Source: a virus. Taken from it: a stretch of 41,798 nucleotides of DNA. How positions within the stretch are numbered: the stretch's first letter is position 1; each line of letters opens with the position of its first letter. The translations under genes were made by a program, and so were the position numbers. Of this stretch, positions 25,232 through 33,101 are shown piece by piece. The DNA lies in IMG/VR virus record IMGVR_UViG_3300045988_016066, positions 1 through 41,798 of that record; one strand, given 5' to 3'. The notes below the pieces were generated by a model. That model did no database searches. It saw only the letters and a list, made by a program, of their open reading frames with translations, and had not been told where the DNA came from.

Positions 25232-25662
25232 CCGAGCCTCCGCTTGGCGTAGAGTGCCATAAGTAAAGATTCCGCCACCCCGTCATGCTCCTTGCGGCAG
25301 CCCGGCGGGATCAAATTCACGCCGGGGAAGAGCCGCTTGCAGACTTCGATGGACGTGTTCTTGTCCGCCGTGACGGAAAATTCCTTCTTCCACTTCTGCG
25401 GGCGGACGAGCTCATAGGGGATCTCGTATGCTTCGAGCATCCCTTGAAGCCACCCGAAGCCCTCGCCGAAGTGGAACATGGATGTAACCCCCTGCCCCGG
25501 CATGGCGCTGACGTGCTCCAAGCAGCACACCGCCTTTTCGCCGCGCAGATCGGATAGGACACAGCGGTAGGTGTCTTTGTCATACCGGAACGTCTGGACT
25601 TCCTCCCCGTTCAGAATGGCAAGAGCGCCGTTCTTGCCGGGGTCTATACCGACGTAGATCAT
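25228..25662 (-). CDS. RuvC-like Holliday junction resolvase
   Basis: MIYVGIDPGKNGALAIL...VCCLEHVSAMPGQG, a RuvC-type IGIDPG-like motif with an acidic catalytic pattern. Confidence 0.7.
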   Translation of the reverse strand: MIYVGIDPGKNGALAILNGEEVQTFRYDKDTYRCVLSDLRGEKAVCCLEHVSAMPGQGVTSMFHFGEGFGWLQGMLEAYEIPYELVRPQKWKKEFSVTADKNTSIEVCKRLFPGVNLIPPGCRKEHDGVAESLLMALYAKRRLG

Positions 25663-26093
25663 CGGGTATCACCTCCCCAAATCACAACCATGCTCGGAAA
25701 CGGTGCGCTGTTTGTTGCGTTTCCGAATTTCAGCCGCCCGCGAACAAAGCGTATCTCGGCTTTGCCGTAAATGAACTCGTGGAACCATCGTGTGTCCGTT
25801 CGAGCCGGAAGAAGCATAACAACGGTATTTCCATGCACCGAGTGTTCCTCCCACGCTTTCTGTACCCACTTTCCAATCTCGCGCCCGTAAGGGGGATTGC
25901 AGAATACCGTGTGTCCACCCCACGGACAAGTGAGCCCGTTTTGTTGTTTTGTGAAGAACGTCTCGCATTTGTGGTTTGTTTCGTCTGCCGCTGGGTCAAG
26001 CGTGAAATTGAACTCTTTGTTCAGCTCGTCAAAGAATCCCTGCGGCGTAGCCCATTCGTCGGTGGCGGAACTGAACATTACTTCTCGGTTCAT
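25659..26093 (-). CDS. dam: Phage Dam-type N6-adenine DNA methyltransferase
   Basis: DEWATPQGFFDELNKEFNFTLDPAAD...GLTCPWGGHTVFCNPPYGREIGKWVQKA (NPPY motif; small T1/phage Dam family). Confidence 0.8.
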   Translation of the reverse strand: MNREVMFSSATDEWATPQGFFDELNKEFNFTLDPAADETNHKCETFFTKQQNGLTCPWGGHTVFCNPPYGREIGKWVQKAWEEHSVHGNTVVMLLPARTDTRWFHEFIYGKAEIRFVRGRLKFGNATNSAPFPSMVVIWGGDTR

Positions 26094-26839
26094 TCTTCTG
26101 CCTCTACGATCTCGCCGTTTCTGGCGGCAAATTCCTTTTCCGTCTGGCGGATGATGCTGCTGCCGTAGGAATCGCGCGTCAGAGCGAAGAACTCTTCGGG
26201 CGTCAGCTCATCGCTTTCGATGTCAACTCCATGCCGCCGGGCAAACTCGCGACGCCCCTGCTCGCAGCTCCCGGTCAGGCGGTGATGCCACGAGAAAAAG
26301 TCCATGGCCGGGCGTTTGACACCGGGCTTTAACTCGGCACAAAACGCCTCGATGCGCTCTTCCGTCGGCATATCGTCAAACAGTTTTTCGAGAAGAGCCT
26401 CCAGCGCCTTGTGCAGTGTCTCTCCGTGGGCAAACGAGTTTCCCTGCTTACACACAAAGGTCGGGGCAAGTGAAAAATCGGGGCCAACGATAAAGCCCTT
26501 GGCAACGTTGCCGATGATGCGCATGAGGATCGTCGGCACGCCGTCGATCATATCGACCGGTTGACCGTTAAGGGATTTTAAGCCGTCGCCGTAGCCGGAG
26601 CCGTAGCCGGAGCCGTCGCCGTAGCCGGAGCCGTAGCCGGAGCCGTAGCCGGAGCCGTCGCCGTAGCCGGAGCCGTAGCCGGAGCCGTCGCCGTAGCCGT
26701 AGCCGGAGCCGGAGCCGTAGCCGGAGCCGTCGCCGTAGCCGGAGCCGTAGCCGGAGCCGTCGCCGTAGTCGTAGCCGTAGCCGGAGCCGTCATTGTGAAA
26801 ATCCGTATGGAGGAAAGCCTCCCGCGTCAGCACTTCCAT
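26090..26839 (-). CDS. Protein with N-terminal (GSGYGD)n low-complexity array and conserved C-terminal domain, function unknown
   Basis: Start set at the ATG at 26839 (MEVLTREAF...). Residues ~17-90 are GSGYGYDYGDGSGYGSGYGDGSGYGSGSGYGYGDGSGYGSGYGDG.... The C-terminal domain is ...FAHGETLHKALEAL...FFSWHHRLTGSCEQGRREFARRHG. Confidence 0.7.
   Translation of the reverse strand: MEVLTREAFLHTDFHNDGSGYGYDYGDGSGYGSGYGDGSGYGSGSGYGYGDGSGYGSGYGDGSGYGSGYGSGYGDGSGYGSGYGDGLKSLNGQPVDMIDGVPTILMRIIGNVAKGFIVGPDFSLAPTFVCKQGNSFAHGETLHKALEALLEKLFDDMPTEERIEAFCAELKPGVKRPAMDFFSWHHRLTGSCEQGRREFARRHGVDIESDELTPEEFFALTRDSYGSSIIRQTEKEFAARNGEIVEAEE
26582..26790. repeat. Coding tandem repeat, 12/18-nt units (gtagccggagcc / gtcgccgtagccggagcc)
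   Basis: About 210 nt of near-perfect repeats, read directly. On the minus strand they encode Gly-Ser-Gly-Tyr(-Gly-Asp). Confidence 0.95.
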
Positions 26840-27126
26840 TCGCGCACCGCCTTGATGCTCGCTTCGGCCTTCTCCGTGCAGGGGATGATCTCGATGGCGT
26901 CGAGAATCGTGATCTCCTCCACCGGTGCCGGGAACTTGCAGCTTCCCGGATCGCTCGTTCCGTCGATGGCAAGCTGGGAAATGCTTGCTGCGCCGTCCCA
27001 AAACCAGATTCTGCGGCAGTCGGTGAGCTGAACTTCCCGCCCATCTCTGGCGGCGAGGGTTCCAGCGAACACGCCGGAGCGGTCTCCGCGAATGATTACA
27101 TACTTTCCGATGTTGTTTTCTTTCAT
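26827..27126 (-). CDS. Conserved phage hypothetical protein (99 aa)
   Basis: MKENNIGKYVIIRGDRSGVFAGTLAARDGREVQLTDCRRIWFWDGAASISQLA. I recognise this pattern as a recurrent phage family of unknown function. Confidence 0.6.
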   Translation of the reverse strand: MKENNIGKYVIIRGDRSGVFAGTLAARDGREVQLTDCRRIWFWDGAASISQLAIDGTSDPGSCKFPAPVEEITILDAIEIIPCTEKAEASIKAVREWKC

Positions 27127-27133
27127 GATTTTG

Positions 27134-27886
27134 TTACTCCTTTTCGTTCTGTTTATTTTCGATATTTGCTAAAATTCTTCGTAGCCGCTCTGAATCGTCT
27201 TCATGCGGCATACGGGCGGGAGCGGTTTTCTTCGGCGCTTCCGGCTCATCCTTGAGCGGGAAAACGCCCTGCCAGCCGCGCTGGATGCTCTGGTTGAGTA
27301 TGGCGATCTTCTTCTCGTCATCGCCGGGGGCGAGCTTTTCCAGCTCGGAAAGCGTGAGAGCAAGGGCGCGGTCGGTAAGCGGTTTGCGCATCTTTTTCCG
27401 CATTTCCGCAAAATCGTTCAAAGCCACATCCAGCGCGGACACGCGCGCCTTCGGATTGGATTCGGATTCGGATTCGGATTCGGATTGGATTACGGGAACA
27501 TTTGCGTGCATTTGCTCGCAATTGCTTGCAATTGTATGCAATTGATTGCAAGTCGCATTTTCCGGGGCGGGAAATCTGCTTTTCTTGTTGCGGATATTTT
27601 GATGCGACTGCCAGTTTGGGAAGTGCAGGTAGGGCTTTCCGTCTACTTCGTAGAGGCCAACGCAGCCTGCACCCGCCAACGCGTTAAGAGCGGCATCTAT
27701 ATCCTTGTTTGTGATCCTGTCCCGAAGGGGGAAGCACGTCCCCTTTATCACGGCGGGGCGAGCATCGCCCCTGCCGTAATCGTCCACGTAGGTTATGAGA
27801 GATACCCAAAGCCGGAATTGGAAATCCGACAGGGAGTTTACCTTTTCCGAAAACCGAATGCTGTCTTTAATCAGTCTGTTCGGCAT
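27134..27886 (-). CDS. Replication initiator / replisome organizer-like protein
   Basis: 250 aa. N-terminal winged-helix-like IKDSIRFSEKVNSLSDFQFRLWVSLITYVDDYGRGDARP...LYEVDGKPYLHFPNWQSHQNIR. Has a central SESESESES linker. The gene contains an iteron array. Confidence 0.65.
   Translation of the reverse strand: MPNRLIKDSIRFSEKVNSLSDFQFRLWVSLITYVDDYGRGDARPAVIKGTCFPLRDRITNKDIDAALNALAGAGCVGLYEVDGKPYLHFPNWQSHQNIRNKKSRFPAPENATCNQLHTIASNCEQMHANVPVIQSESESESESNPKARVSALDVALNDFAEMRKKMRKPLTDRALALTLSELEKLAPGDDEKKIAILNQSIQRGWQGVFPLKDEPEAPKKTAPARMPHEDDSERLRRILANIENKQNEKE
27451..27490. repeat. Hexamer tandem repeat (tcggat)n encoding (Ser-Glu)n linker
   Basis: tcggattggattcggattcggattcggattcggattggat. Confidence 0.9.
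27501..27550. promoter_or_regulatory. Putative origin iterons: five 10-bp-phased repeats aTTGnnTGCA inside the initiator gene
   Basis: tttgcgtgca tttgctcgca attgcttgca attgtatgca attgattgca, with an exact 10-nt period. Confidence 0.6.
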
Positions 27887-27898
27887 GGTGCGCCCCCG

Positions 27899-28282
27899 TC
27901 AGAACGGAAGCTGTCCGTCATCCTCGACCGGCGCTAGGTTCGCGCGCTCGTAGGCTTCCTTCTGGTCGGGCTTGTCCTTTTTGCCGCCGCAGAAGCTGAC
28001 CTCATCCGCGACGATCTCCGTTGACCGGCGGGCGTTGCCGTTTTTATCCGTCCAATCGCGGTTCTGGATGCGGCCTCGGATGCAGATCATGTCGCCCTTG
28101 GAAAACCACTTGGAGACGAATTCGCCCGTCTCACGCCATGCGGTTATGTCGAAGAAGTCCGTGCCCTCCTTGAAGCGGTCAACGGCGATCGCAAACGACG
28201 CGACCGGCGTGTTGTTCGCCGTGTAACGCTTCTCCGGGTCTCGTGTAAGGCGTCCCATGAGGACGCATGTGTTCATTGCCAT
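27899..28282 (-). CDS. ssb: Single-stranded DNA-binding protein
   Basis: MNTCVLMGRLTRDPEKRYTANNTPVASFAIAVDR...ITAWRETGEFVSKWFSKGDMICIRGRIQNRDW, with the acidic tip DDGQLPF. Confidence 0.9.
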   Translation of the reverse strand: MAMNTCVLMGRLTRDPEKRYTANNTPVASFAIAVDRFKEGTDFFDITAWRETGEFVSKWFSKGDMICIRGRIQNRDWTDKNGNARRSTEIVADEVSFCGGKKDKPDQKEAYERANLAPVEDDGQLPF

Positions 28283-28605
28283 CTTGGATCATCCTTTCGG
28301 TAAATTAGATTTTGTTCGTCCCAGCATCGATAGTGGGCTTTGAGATAGTCCCGGCAGTAGTGCCCGATCTCCTGCCGCATTGTCGCCGTGCCGTTGTCGA
28401 ATGCATCATGGCAGAGGCGGCAGAGGGTCAATACGTTTTCTTCGATACCCAATCCCCCGCGGGAACGGGGGATGTAATGGGCTTCGGGGAAAGCGTAAAT
28501 GGATTTACAATAAACGCAGCAATGATGGTCGCGTTCCCATACGCGCTCTTTGACGGCATTGGGAATGGCGCACGCCTTAGCGCGCTTGGAAGATATCCGC
28601 TTCAT
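28273..28605 (-). CDS. HNH endonuclease
   Basis: ATG at 28605 (ATGA overlap). ...HHCCVYCKS...EAHYIPRSRGGLGIEENVLTLCRLCHDAFDNG. Confidence 0.8.
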   Translation of the reverse strand: MKRISSKRAKACAIPNAVKERVWERDHHCCVYCKSIYAFPEAHYIPRSRGGLGIEENVLTLCRLCHDAFDNGTATMRQEIGHYCRDYLKAHYRCWDEQNLIYRKDDPRWQ

Positions 28606-29369
28606 ATTCCCTCCATCGTCATCTGGCCGTCTGGCTCTACGGTGAGCATCTGTTCCTGCGCCTTGCGGCACATATCCCGCATTATCTCAAAGCCGTACCC
28701 GTTCCGGCCTGTTTCCATGCAAGCCCGGAGGGTTGCTCCACTTCCCGCGACCGGGTCGATCACAACGTCGCCGGGGTCGGTAAAGATCTCAATGAGCCGC
28801 TTTAAGAGGTTCACGGGCTTCTGCGTTGGGTGAATCTTTGGGTATTGCTTTCCGTCCCGTCGCCACTCGAACCAGTTGAAGATCATCTTTCCGCCGTTAT
28901 TGAATTTTGGGAGCTTGTCCCGGTAGAGGACAACGGCGTATTCTGTAGCGCCTACGATCTTCATATTGGCCTTGAGGACTTGCGCGGAATAGTTCTTGAC
29001 GAAAACAAGCGGATAGGAATGCCGAAAGCCGTATTTCAGCCCGTACTGTACGACCGTGGGAATTTGCTCAAATGCGCAGAAAACGATCATTGCCGGGGCT
29101 TTACCTCGTTCCTTCGGCTCTTTTTTCAAGAGCCGGTTGCAGAAGTGAAAATACTCGGCAATGTTAAAGTTGCCGTCCGAATTAAAGAACGCTTTCCCGG
29201 CTTTCTTGCTCTTGCCGTTCTTGTTGTCGCCGCCGACGTACCACATCGGATTGGAGGCGTAAGCGTTCGCACCGAGGTTGTACGGAATGTCCGCGATCAC
29301 AAGCTGCGCTTTCGGTATGTTGTACTTCTTGAAATTCTGGAAGTTGTCGTTGAAGAGCTCGATTTTCAT
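28602..29369 (-). CDS. DNA methyltransferase, beta class (N6-adenine or N4-cytosine)
   Basis: ATG at 29369 (ATGA overlap). Motif IV is LVIADIPYNLG and lies N-terminal to motif I (VVIDPVAGSGATLRAC). Confidence 0.8.
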   Translation of the reverse strand: MKIELFNDNFQNFKKYNIPKAQLVIADIPYNLGANAYASNPMWYVGGDNKNGKSKKAGKAFFNSDGNFNIAEYFHFCNRLLKKEPKERGKAPAMIVFCAFEQIPTVVQYGLKYGFRHSYPLVFVKNYSAQVLKANMKIVGATEYAVVLYRDKLPKFNNGGKMIFNWFEWRRDGKQYPKIHPTQKPVNLLKRLIEIFTDPGDVVIDPVAGSGATLRACMETGRNGYGFEIMRDMCRKAQEQMLTVEPDGQMTMEGI

Positions 29370-29878
29370 TTTTTCTTCCTCGCCTCCCATTCGCCCAGCA
29401 GGGCGGCGAGCTTGTCCGGCGGCATGGTCTCGATGCCAACCGCTTTCGCGTCCTGTATCAGGTTGTCTATAAGGCGGCTCATCGTGGAGCTGGAAAAGAC
29501 CGAAGAACCGTAGTAGAGGATCACATTCACGCAGTCGGGTATCCTGGACGCGGTGACCTCAGATTGCCAGCCGAGGCCGTTTGATGCCCAGACTTGCCGC
29601 AGCTCTTCCGCCGCCGATGACTGGATGCAGACGATCTTCATGTTACCGCCAACGTCGCGGACGGCGCGGCGGTAGACTTCGGACGACGGAACGCCGGTTG
29701 CTTTGGCGAGCTTGTCGATCAATGTCCAGGCATAAGCGTTTGCGTCGAGGCTGCGTATGTTTTTTGGCTTGATCTCATATTCCCCCGGCGTGAACGCGTA
29801 GGCAAAGTGCCTCGCGTCCACGTCTGCGGTATGGAGCTTGAGATAGCCGCCCTCCCAGATTGCCTTGTCAACCTTCAT
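29366..29878 (-). CDS. NinB/Orf-like recombination mediator
   Basis: ATG at 29878 (ATGA overlap). ...IRSLDANAYAWTLIDKLAKATG... and ...GSSVFSSSTMSRLIDNLIQDAKAVGIE parallel lambda NinB RSLDQNRKLWACLGDV / STSRMRVGEFAELLE. Confidence 0.55.
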   Translation of the reverse strand: MKVDKAIWEGGYLKLHTADVDARHFAYAFTPGEYEIKPKNIRSLDANAYAWTLIDKLAKATGVPSSEVYRRAVRDVGGNMKIVCIQSSAAEELRQVWASNGLGWQSEVTASRIPDCVNVILYYGSSVFSSSTMSRLIDNLIQDAKAVGIETMPPDKLAALLGEWEARKKK

Positions 29879-30618
29879 GCTTTTTTCTGACAGCTCATAC
29901 AGAGCGGGCGTCCAAACTTTCGTGCGCTGTAATCGTGGACTTTTTCGGAAATGCTCGCTCCGCAATCGGCACACACGGGAGAAAACGGTTTATCGTTCCC
30001 TCCGATGATGATGTTGTCAGGCTTCTTCGTCTCTGCTTTCACAGGCGGCTCATATTCTGCGTTCAGGTCAGGGCGTGTATCCTTTGGAAAGCTCCGTTTC
30101 GGGTAGGAAAACACAACGCGCCCGTCAACGGAGATCTCCAGCGATTTGATGCGCTCTGATGTGTCGTATTCGATTTTCGTTACATCGAAAGCGTCGTAGC
30201 ATTCCCATTTGCCGGATCGCTCGTTCTGTTTCAGCTTCTTGCATTTTTCGGCTTCGATAAAGATTTTCGGCGAGGAATACAGCTCACGCCCGATGCCATG
30301 CTTGGAACCGGCACGTTTGAAAGCGTCGGAGGCGCGGCCTTTTTCCGCTTCGGTGTTGCTCTCCGTTCCCGCATCCCATTTCCAAACAAGATGACCGTCG
30401 CCGAAATCGACGCCGATTCCGCCGTACAGAGTGCCGTCGATCAGCTTGAAGTCGTTCTCCCATTTGTCACTGCCGACCGTTTCATCCAGAAGGTCAGCAT
30501 CAGTTCGGGCCGTTTTGTAAAGAAGAATGGCAACGGATGTTGCTACGCCGTTTCTCTCATAGATTTTCTGGATGCGGCACTCGATCTCGTCCGGGCGGAG
30601 GAGGCGAAAACGCTTCAT
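29875..30618 (-). CDS. Rad52/Sak-like single-strand annealing protein with C-terminal zinc ribbon
   Basis: ...WKWDAGTESNTEAEKGRASDAFKRAGSKHGIGRELYS (Rad52/22 signature). C-terminus is CADCGASISEKVHDYSARKFGRPLCMSCQ. Confidence 0.8.
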   Translation of the reverse strand: MKRFRLLRPDEIECRIQKIYERNGVATSVAILLYKTARTDADLLDETVGSDKWENDFKLIDGTLYGGIGVDFGDGHLVWKWDAGTESNTEAEKGRASDAFKRAGSKHGIGRELYSSPKIFIEAEKCKKLKQNERSGKWECYDAFDVTKIEYDTSERIKSLEISVDGRVVFSYPKRSFPKDTRPDLNAEYEPPVKAETKKPDNIIIGGNDKPFSPVCADCGASISEKVHDYSARKFGRPLCMSCQKKA

Positions 30619-30887
30619 TCCGCCGCCTCCTTTACCTCCGCGAGCTTCTGCCGAAGATCGGCAAGCTCGGATTCCAGCGCCTTGATTTTCTGCCCGCTGC
30701 GGTAGGCTTCCGAGCCCCAGCGCGTAGCATCATCTTTTTCCGCTTCGAGCTTCTTTTCCATTTCGTAATAGTCGGCAATCAGCTTCCGGTACTCGCTCGA
30801 CCGGATGGGGATGTAAATGTCGTCCGTTTCCTTTCGGTTCAGCTCGGCGGTGGCGTTGAGCATGATTTTGATTTTGCGTTCTTCCAT
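30615..30887 (-). CDS. Coiled-coil hypothetical protein (90 aa)
   Basis: ORF in the operon, ATGA-coupled to the annealase gene. Confidence 0.55.
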   Translation of the reverse strand: MEERKIKIMLNATAELNRKETDDIYIPIRSSEYRKLIADYYEMEKKLEAEKDDATRWGSEAYRSGQKIKALESELADLRQKLAEVKEAAE

Positions 30888-30901
30888 TATTCAAACTCCT
30901 T

Positions 30902-31414
30902 TCATTTAATCGCAATGGACATGTTCTGTACGAAACGGGCGCAGGGGATTTCCTCGCCAGATGTTAGCCGCGCTTTGATGGCGGTCTTGTCCACCTCCGG
31001 CTGCTTATAACGAAGGAGGTCTTCGTTGCCGGAGGTCTGCGCCCACTCAACAAAGCAGTCATCAACTTCGACTGCGGAGGACTTGCGGAACGAAACGGCG
31101 CATTTTGCAGTCTGGAACTTCTCGCCCTGCAAGGCGTATGTAAGATAGTCTTTCAGTCGTTCGACTTTCTTCTCGGTTGTCTTGCGGCGGGCGGAAAGAG
31201 CCGTTTCCTCTTCTTTGAGGGCCTTTGCGTCGGCGGTAAGGTTCTTGATGCAACAGGCGATGTTCTCAACCTTTGCGTCCCGCTCCATCAGAAGCGCGTC
31301 TAACGCTTCATTGTCTACCGTAATCTCGCCAGTATCAGGATCAACCGCATTTACGAGAGCCTCAATGCTCTTGTCGATTTCGTAGAGTGTCATTCCTTTT
31401 GCCTCCATTGACAT
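30902..31414 (-). CDS. Siphovirus Gp157-like protein
   Basis: MTLYEIDKSIEALVNAVDPDTGEI...DALLMERDAKVENIACCIKNLTADAKALKEEETALSARRK. The best start is probably the ATG at 31393 (GGAGG 9 nt upstream). Confidence 0.7.
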   Translation of the reverse strand: MSMEAKGMTLYEIDKSIEALVNAVDPDTGEITVDNEALDALLMERDAKVENIACCIKNLTADAKALKEEETALSARRKTTEKKVERLKDYLTYALQGEKFQTAKCAVSFRKSSAVEVDDCFVEWAQTSGNEDLLRYKQPEVDKTAIKARLTSGEEIPCARFVQNMSIAIK

Positions 31415-31695
31415 TATTTAAAATTTGTGGTACCATTCGGATGGTTGTTATTCCTATAGAGAGCGTCGTCGGTGTCATCTCCACCGGCGGCGCTTTCGCC
31501 TTTTTCCGCCCATGTGGTGGAGCATTCGGACTGTGCGAGCCATGCCAGAACGAGGGATTCAAGAAATGTCTGCATGGATGCGATTCCGTTTCTTTCCAGC
31601 GCCTGTTTAACGCGCTGTGCGGTGCTTTCGGTCAACCGGCACTGTAACCGTATGGGCTTGACGCGGCGCGCTGTGCGGGGCTTTCGCTGCGTCAC
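31414..31695 (-). CDS. Ribbon-helix-helix (CopG/Arc-like) protein
   Basis: RVKPIRLQCRLTESTAQRVKQALERNGIASMQTFLESLVLAWL, a beta-alpha-alpha pattern. Confidence 0.55.
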   Translation of the reverse strand: MTQRKPRTARRVKPIRLQCRLTESTAQRVKQALERNGIASMQTFLESLVLAWLAQSECSTTWAEKGESAAGGDDTDDALYRNNNHPNGTTNFK

Positions 31696-31710
31696 GGCGT
31701 CATATATTTC

Positions 31711-31839
31711 CTACGCTCTGGCGCAAAATTTCACGCCGTAGTCGTTCGTGTGGAGAGCCATGCTCACCGTGCCCTTATTGGCTTTCGGGAACTCTTCCCG
31801 GAGGGCGGCGGCGATGGCCGTGTAACGTGTGTCGTTCAA
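31711..31839 (-). CDS. Small hypothetical protein (42 aa, TTG start)
   Basis: Not in the ORF track. AAAGGAGGA 5 nt upstream. (M)NDTRYTAIAAALREEFPKANKGTVSMALHTNDYGVKFCARA. Confidence 0.35.
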   Translation of the reverse strand: MNDTRYTAIAAALREEFPKANKGTVSMALHTNDYGVKFCARA

Positions 31840-32045
31840 TGCCGTCCTCCTTTCATGATCGACGTGTCCGGCATTTGAAACCAGCGGCAGCAGTCATCGG
31901 CAAGACTGGAAAATCCGTAGACGGCGAAGATTCCCTCGATGACGGCAAAGCCGAGACCGTTTCCGAATTTCCAGACGAAGAAGATCACAGCCGCCAGAAG
32001 CGTCATGATCACGGTGGTGGCGAAGGTTGCCTTTCGTTTTGTCAT
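31836..32045 (-). CDS. Small membrane protein (69 aa, two TM segments)
   Basis: ATG at 32045. MTKRKATFATTVIMTLLAAVIFFVWKFGNGLGFAVIEGIFAVYGFSSL. Confidence 0.55.
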   Translation of the reverse strand: MTKRKATFATTVIMTLLAAVIFFVWKFGNGLGFAVIEGIFAVYGFSSLADDCCRWFQMPDTSIMKGGRH

Positions 32046-32055
32046 GGTTGTTTTC

Positions 32056-32277
32056 CTACTTTCTGCGGCGGTGCGCCGCTTTTTGTACTCTCTTTGTGAT
32101 ATCGATGGTGTAATCGGCGATCGGGTGCAGCTTTGTCCGAGCTTCCCGCCGGGCATTACATCCGGCCTTGAATTCCGCATAACGGGGGCAGGATGCATGG
32201 CAGCCGACGAAGCGCTCGGAACAGTCCTTACACGGGGCGATCATCGGTTGTGTCGGGCGACTGCTTAGGGGCGGCAT
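32056..32277 (-). CDS. Small Cys-rich protein
   Basis: ...MIAPCKDCSERFVGCHASCPRYAEFKAGCNARREART. The start is uncertain (32277 or 32244). Confidence 0.5.
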   Translation of the reverse strand: MPPLSSRPTQPMIAPCKDCSERFVGCHASCPRYAEFKAGCNARREARTKLHPIADYTIDITKRVQKAAHRRRK

Positions 32278-32425
32278 TGTGCGCTACTGAAAAGATCGCC
32301 CATAGCATGTCAAAGGCCGTCTTTCCGCGGCTGTCCAACTGCGGCGGGATAACCCCGGCCTTTACCGCTTCGGAAAATGCAAGGTCTTTGTCCTGCATGA
32401 TCTCGTCGTAAGTGGGTTCGCTCAT
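32228..32425 (-). CDS. Hypothetical early protein (65 aa)
   Basis: ORF with an ATGA overlap upstream. Confidence 0.5.
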   Translation of the reverse strand: MSEPTYDEIMQDKDLAFSEAVKAGVIPPQLDSRGKTAFDMLWAIFSVAHNAAPKQSPDTTDDRPV

Positions 32426-32574
32426 GCTTTGTCCTCCTTCGGCTCCTCAGTCAGCGCCTCGGGGTGCCTGTGAATGTAATTTCGTAGAAGCTCGCACCAT
32501 AGAGTGTCGCGCTGCTCCTGCGTGATTTTCTGGGGCTTGACCGCCCCAGTGTTTCGGTTGATGACGATGGGCAT
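32422..32574 (-). CDS. Hypothetical early protein (50 aa)
   Basis: ATG at 32574 after GAAGGGAGAAG. MPIVINRNTGAVKPQKITQEQRDTLWCELLRNYIHRHPE. Confidence 0.5.
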   Translation of the reverse strand: MPIVINRNTGAVKPQKITQEQRDTLWCELLRNYIHRHPEALTEEPKEDKA

Positions 32575-32633
32575 TTTATTCTTCTCCCTTCTTCTCGGAT
32601 TTGATGCCGTCAAGTCTGCCCTGTAAGCGGTTG

Positions 32634-32819
32634 TTACCGCTCGATATCGAGCACCTTTGCAATCGCGTTGGCAATCTTGTCGTTCTCGCGGTTGCCCGCC
32701 ATGAATGCGTTGATCGTGCTGACGGAGTATCCCGTCATCTTGGCAATGTCGCCATTGGTAAGCCGCCGCAGCTTCTTCTGCTCGGCGATCTTACCGCGGA
32801 AAAGCTCGTAAATTTCCAT
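32634..32819 (-). CDS. Cro-like XRE-family HTH regulator (61 aa), first gene of the leftward early operon
   Basis: ATG at 32819. MEIYELFRGKIAEQKKLRRLTNGDIAKMTGYSVSTINAFMAGNRENDKIANAIAKVLDI. Confidence 0.75.
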   Translation of the reverse strand: MEIYELFRGKIAEQKKLRRLTNGDIAKMTGYSVSTINAFMAGNRENDKIANAIAKVLDIER

Positions 32820-32827
32820 CACCCCCT

Positions 32828-33054
32828 TGTGCGCGTTTTGTAAAAAACATTGACTTTTTGCGGCAAAAAGATTATTGTGAAAGTGCCAGCAATCACAATA
32901 CGATTTTGCAGCTTTTTCGGAAATCCTTTCCGTTAAGGCTTGGTTTTCTATTGCCTTTTTCGTGCAACGGCTTTTACAAATTGCATTATACATTTACTTC
33001 GTGCGTTTTGCAATGTTTTATACGCACAAAGTTAACATTTGTACAGACGCACAA
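32828..33054. promoter_or_regulatory. Genetic-switch region: overlapping divergent promoters, 17-bp palindrome and repeated TTGTGCG(T) boxes
   Basis: Plus strand has TTGACT(32851)-17-TATTGT(32879). Minus strand has TTGCCG(32867..32862)-18-TACAAA(32843..32838). Palindrome ctttttgcGgcaaaaag is at 32855..32871. The boxes are ttgtgcgcg 32828, ttcgtgcgt 32998, acgcacaaa 33022 and acgcacaaa 33047. Confidence 0.55.
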
Positions 33055-33101
33055 AAAAGCAGCCCCGCAATTAGCGGAGCTGCACAAAGGGGATAATATC
33101 A

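Noticed and set aside
26582-26790. Regular short repeats as a CRISPR array
   Set aside because: Units are 12/18 nt with no unique spacers. They lie in-frame inside a protein-coding gene (GSGYGD repeats), and there are no cas genes.
31836-32198. Full-length 120-aa version of ORF 31836..32198, and similar long N-terminal extensions of 20299..20604, 20498..20926, 20718..21140, 22253..22663, 26090..27001, 28273..28671, 29366..29974 and 32634..32993
   Set aside because: The extensions overlap the preceding gene extensively. Internal ATGs with good SDs, or ATGA stop-start overlaps, give compact and non-overlapping gene models.
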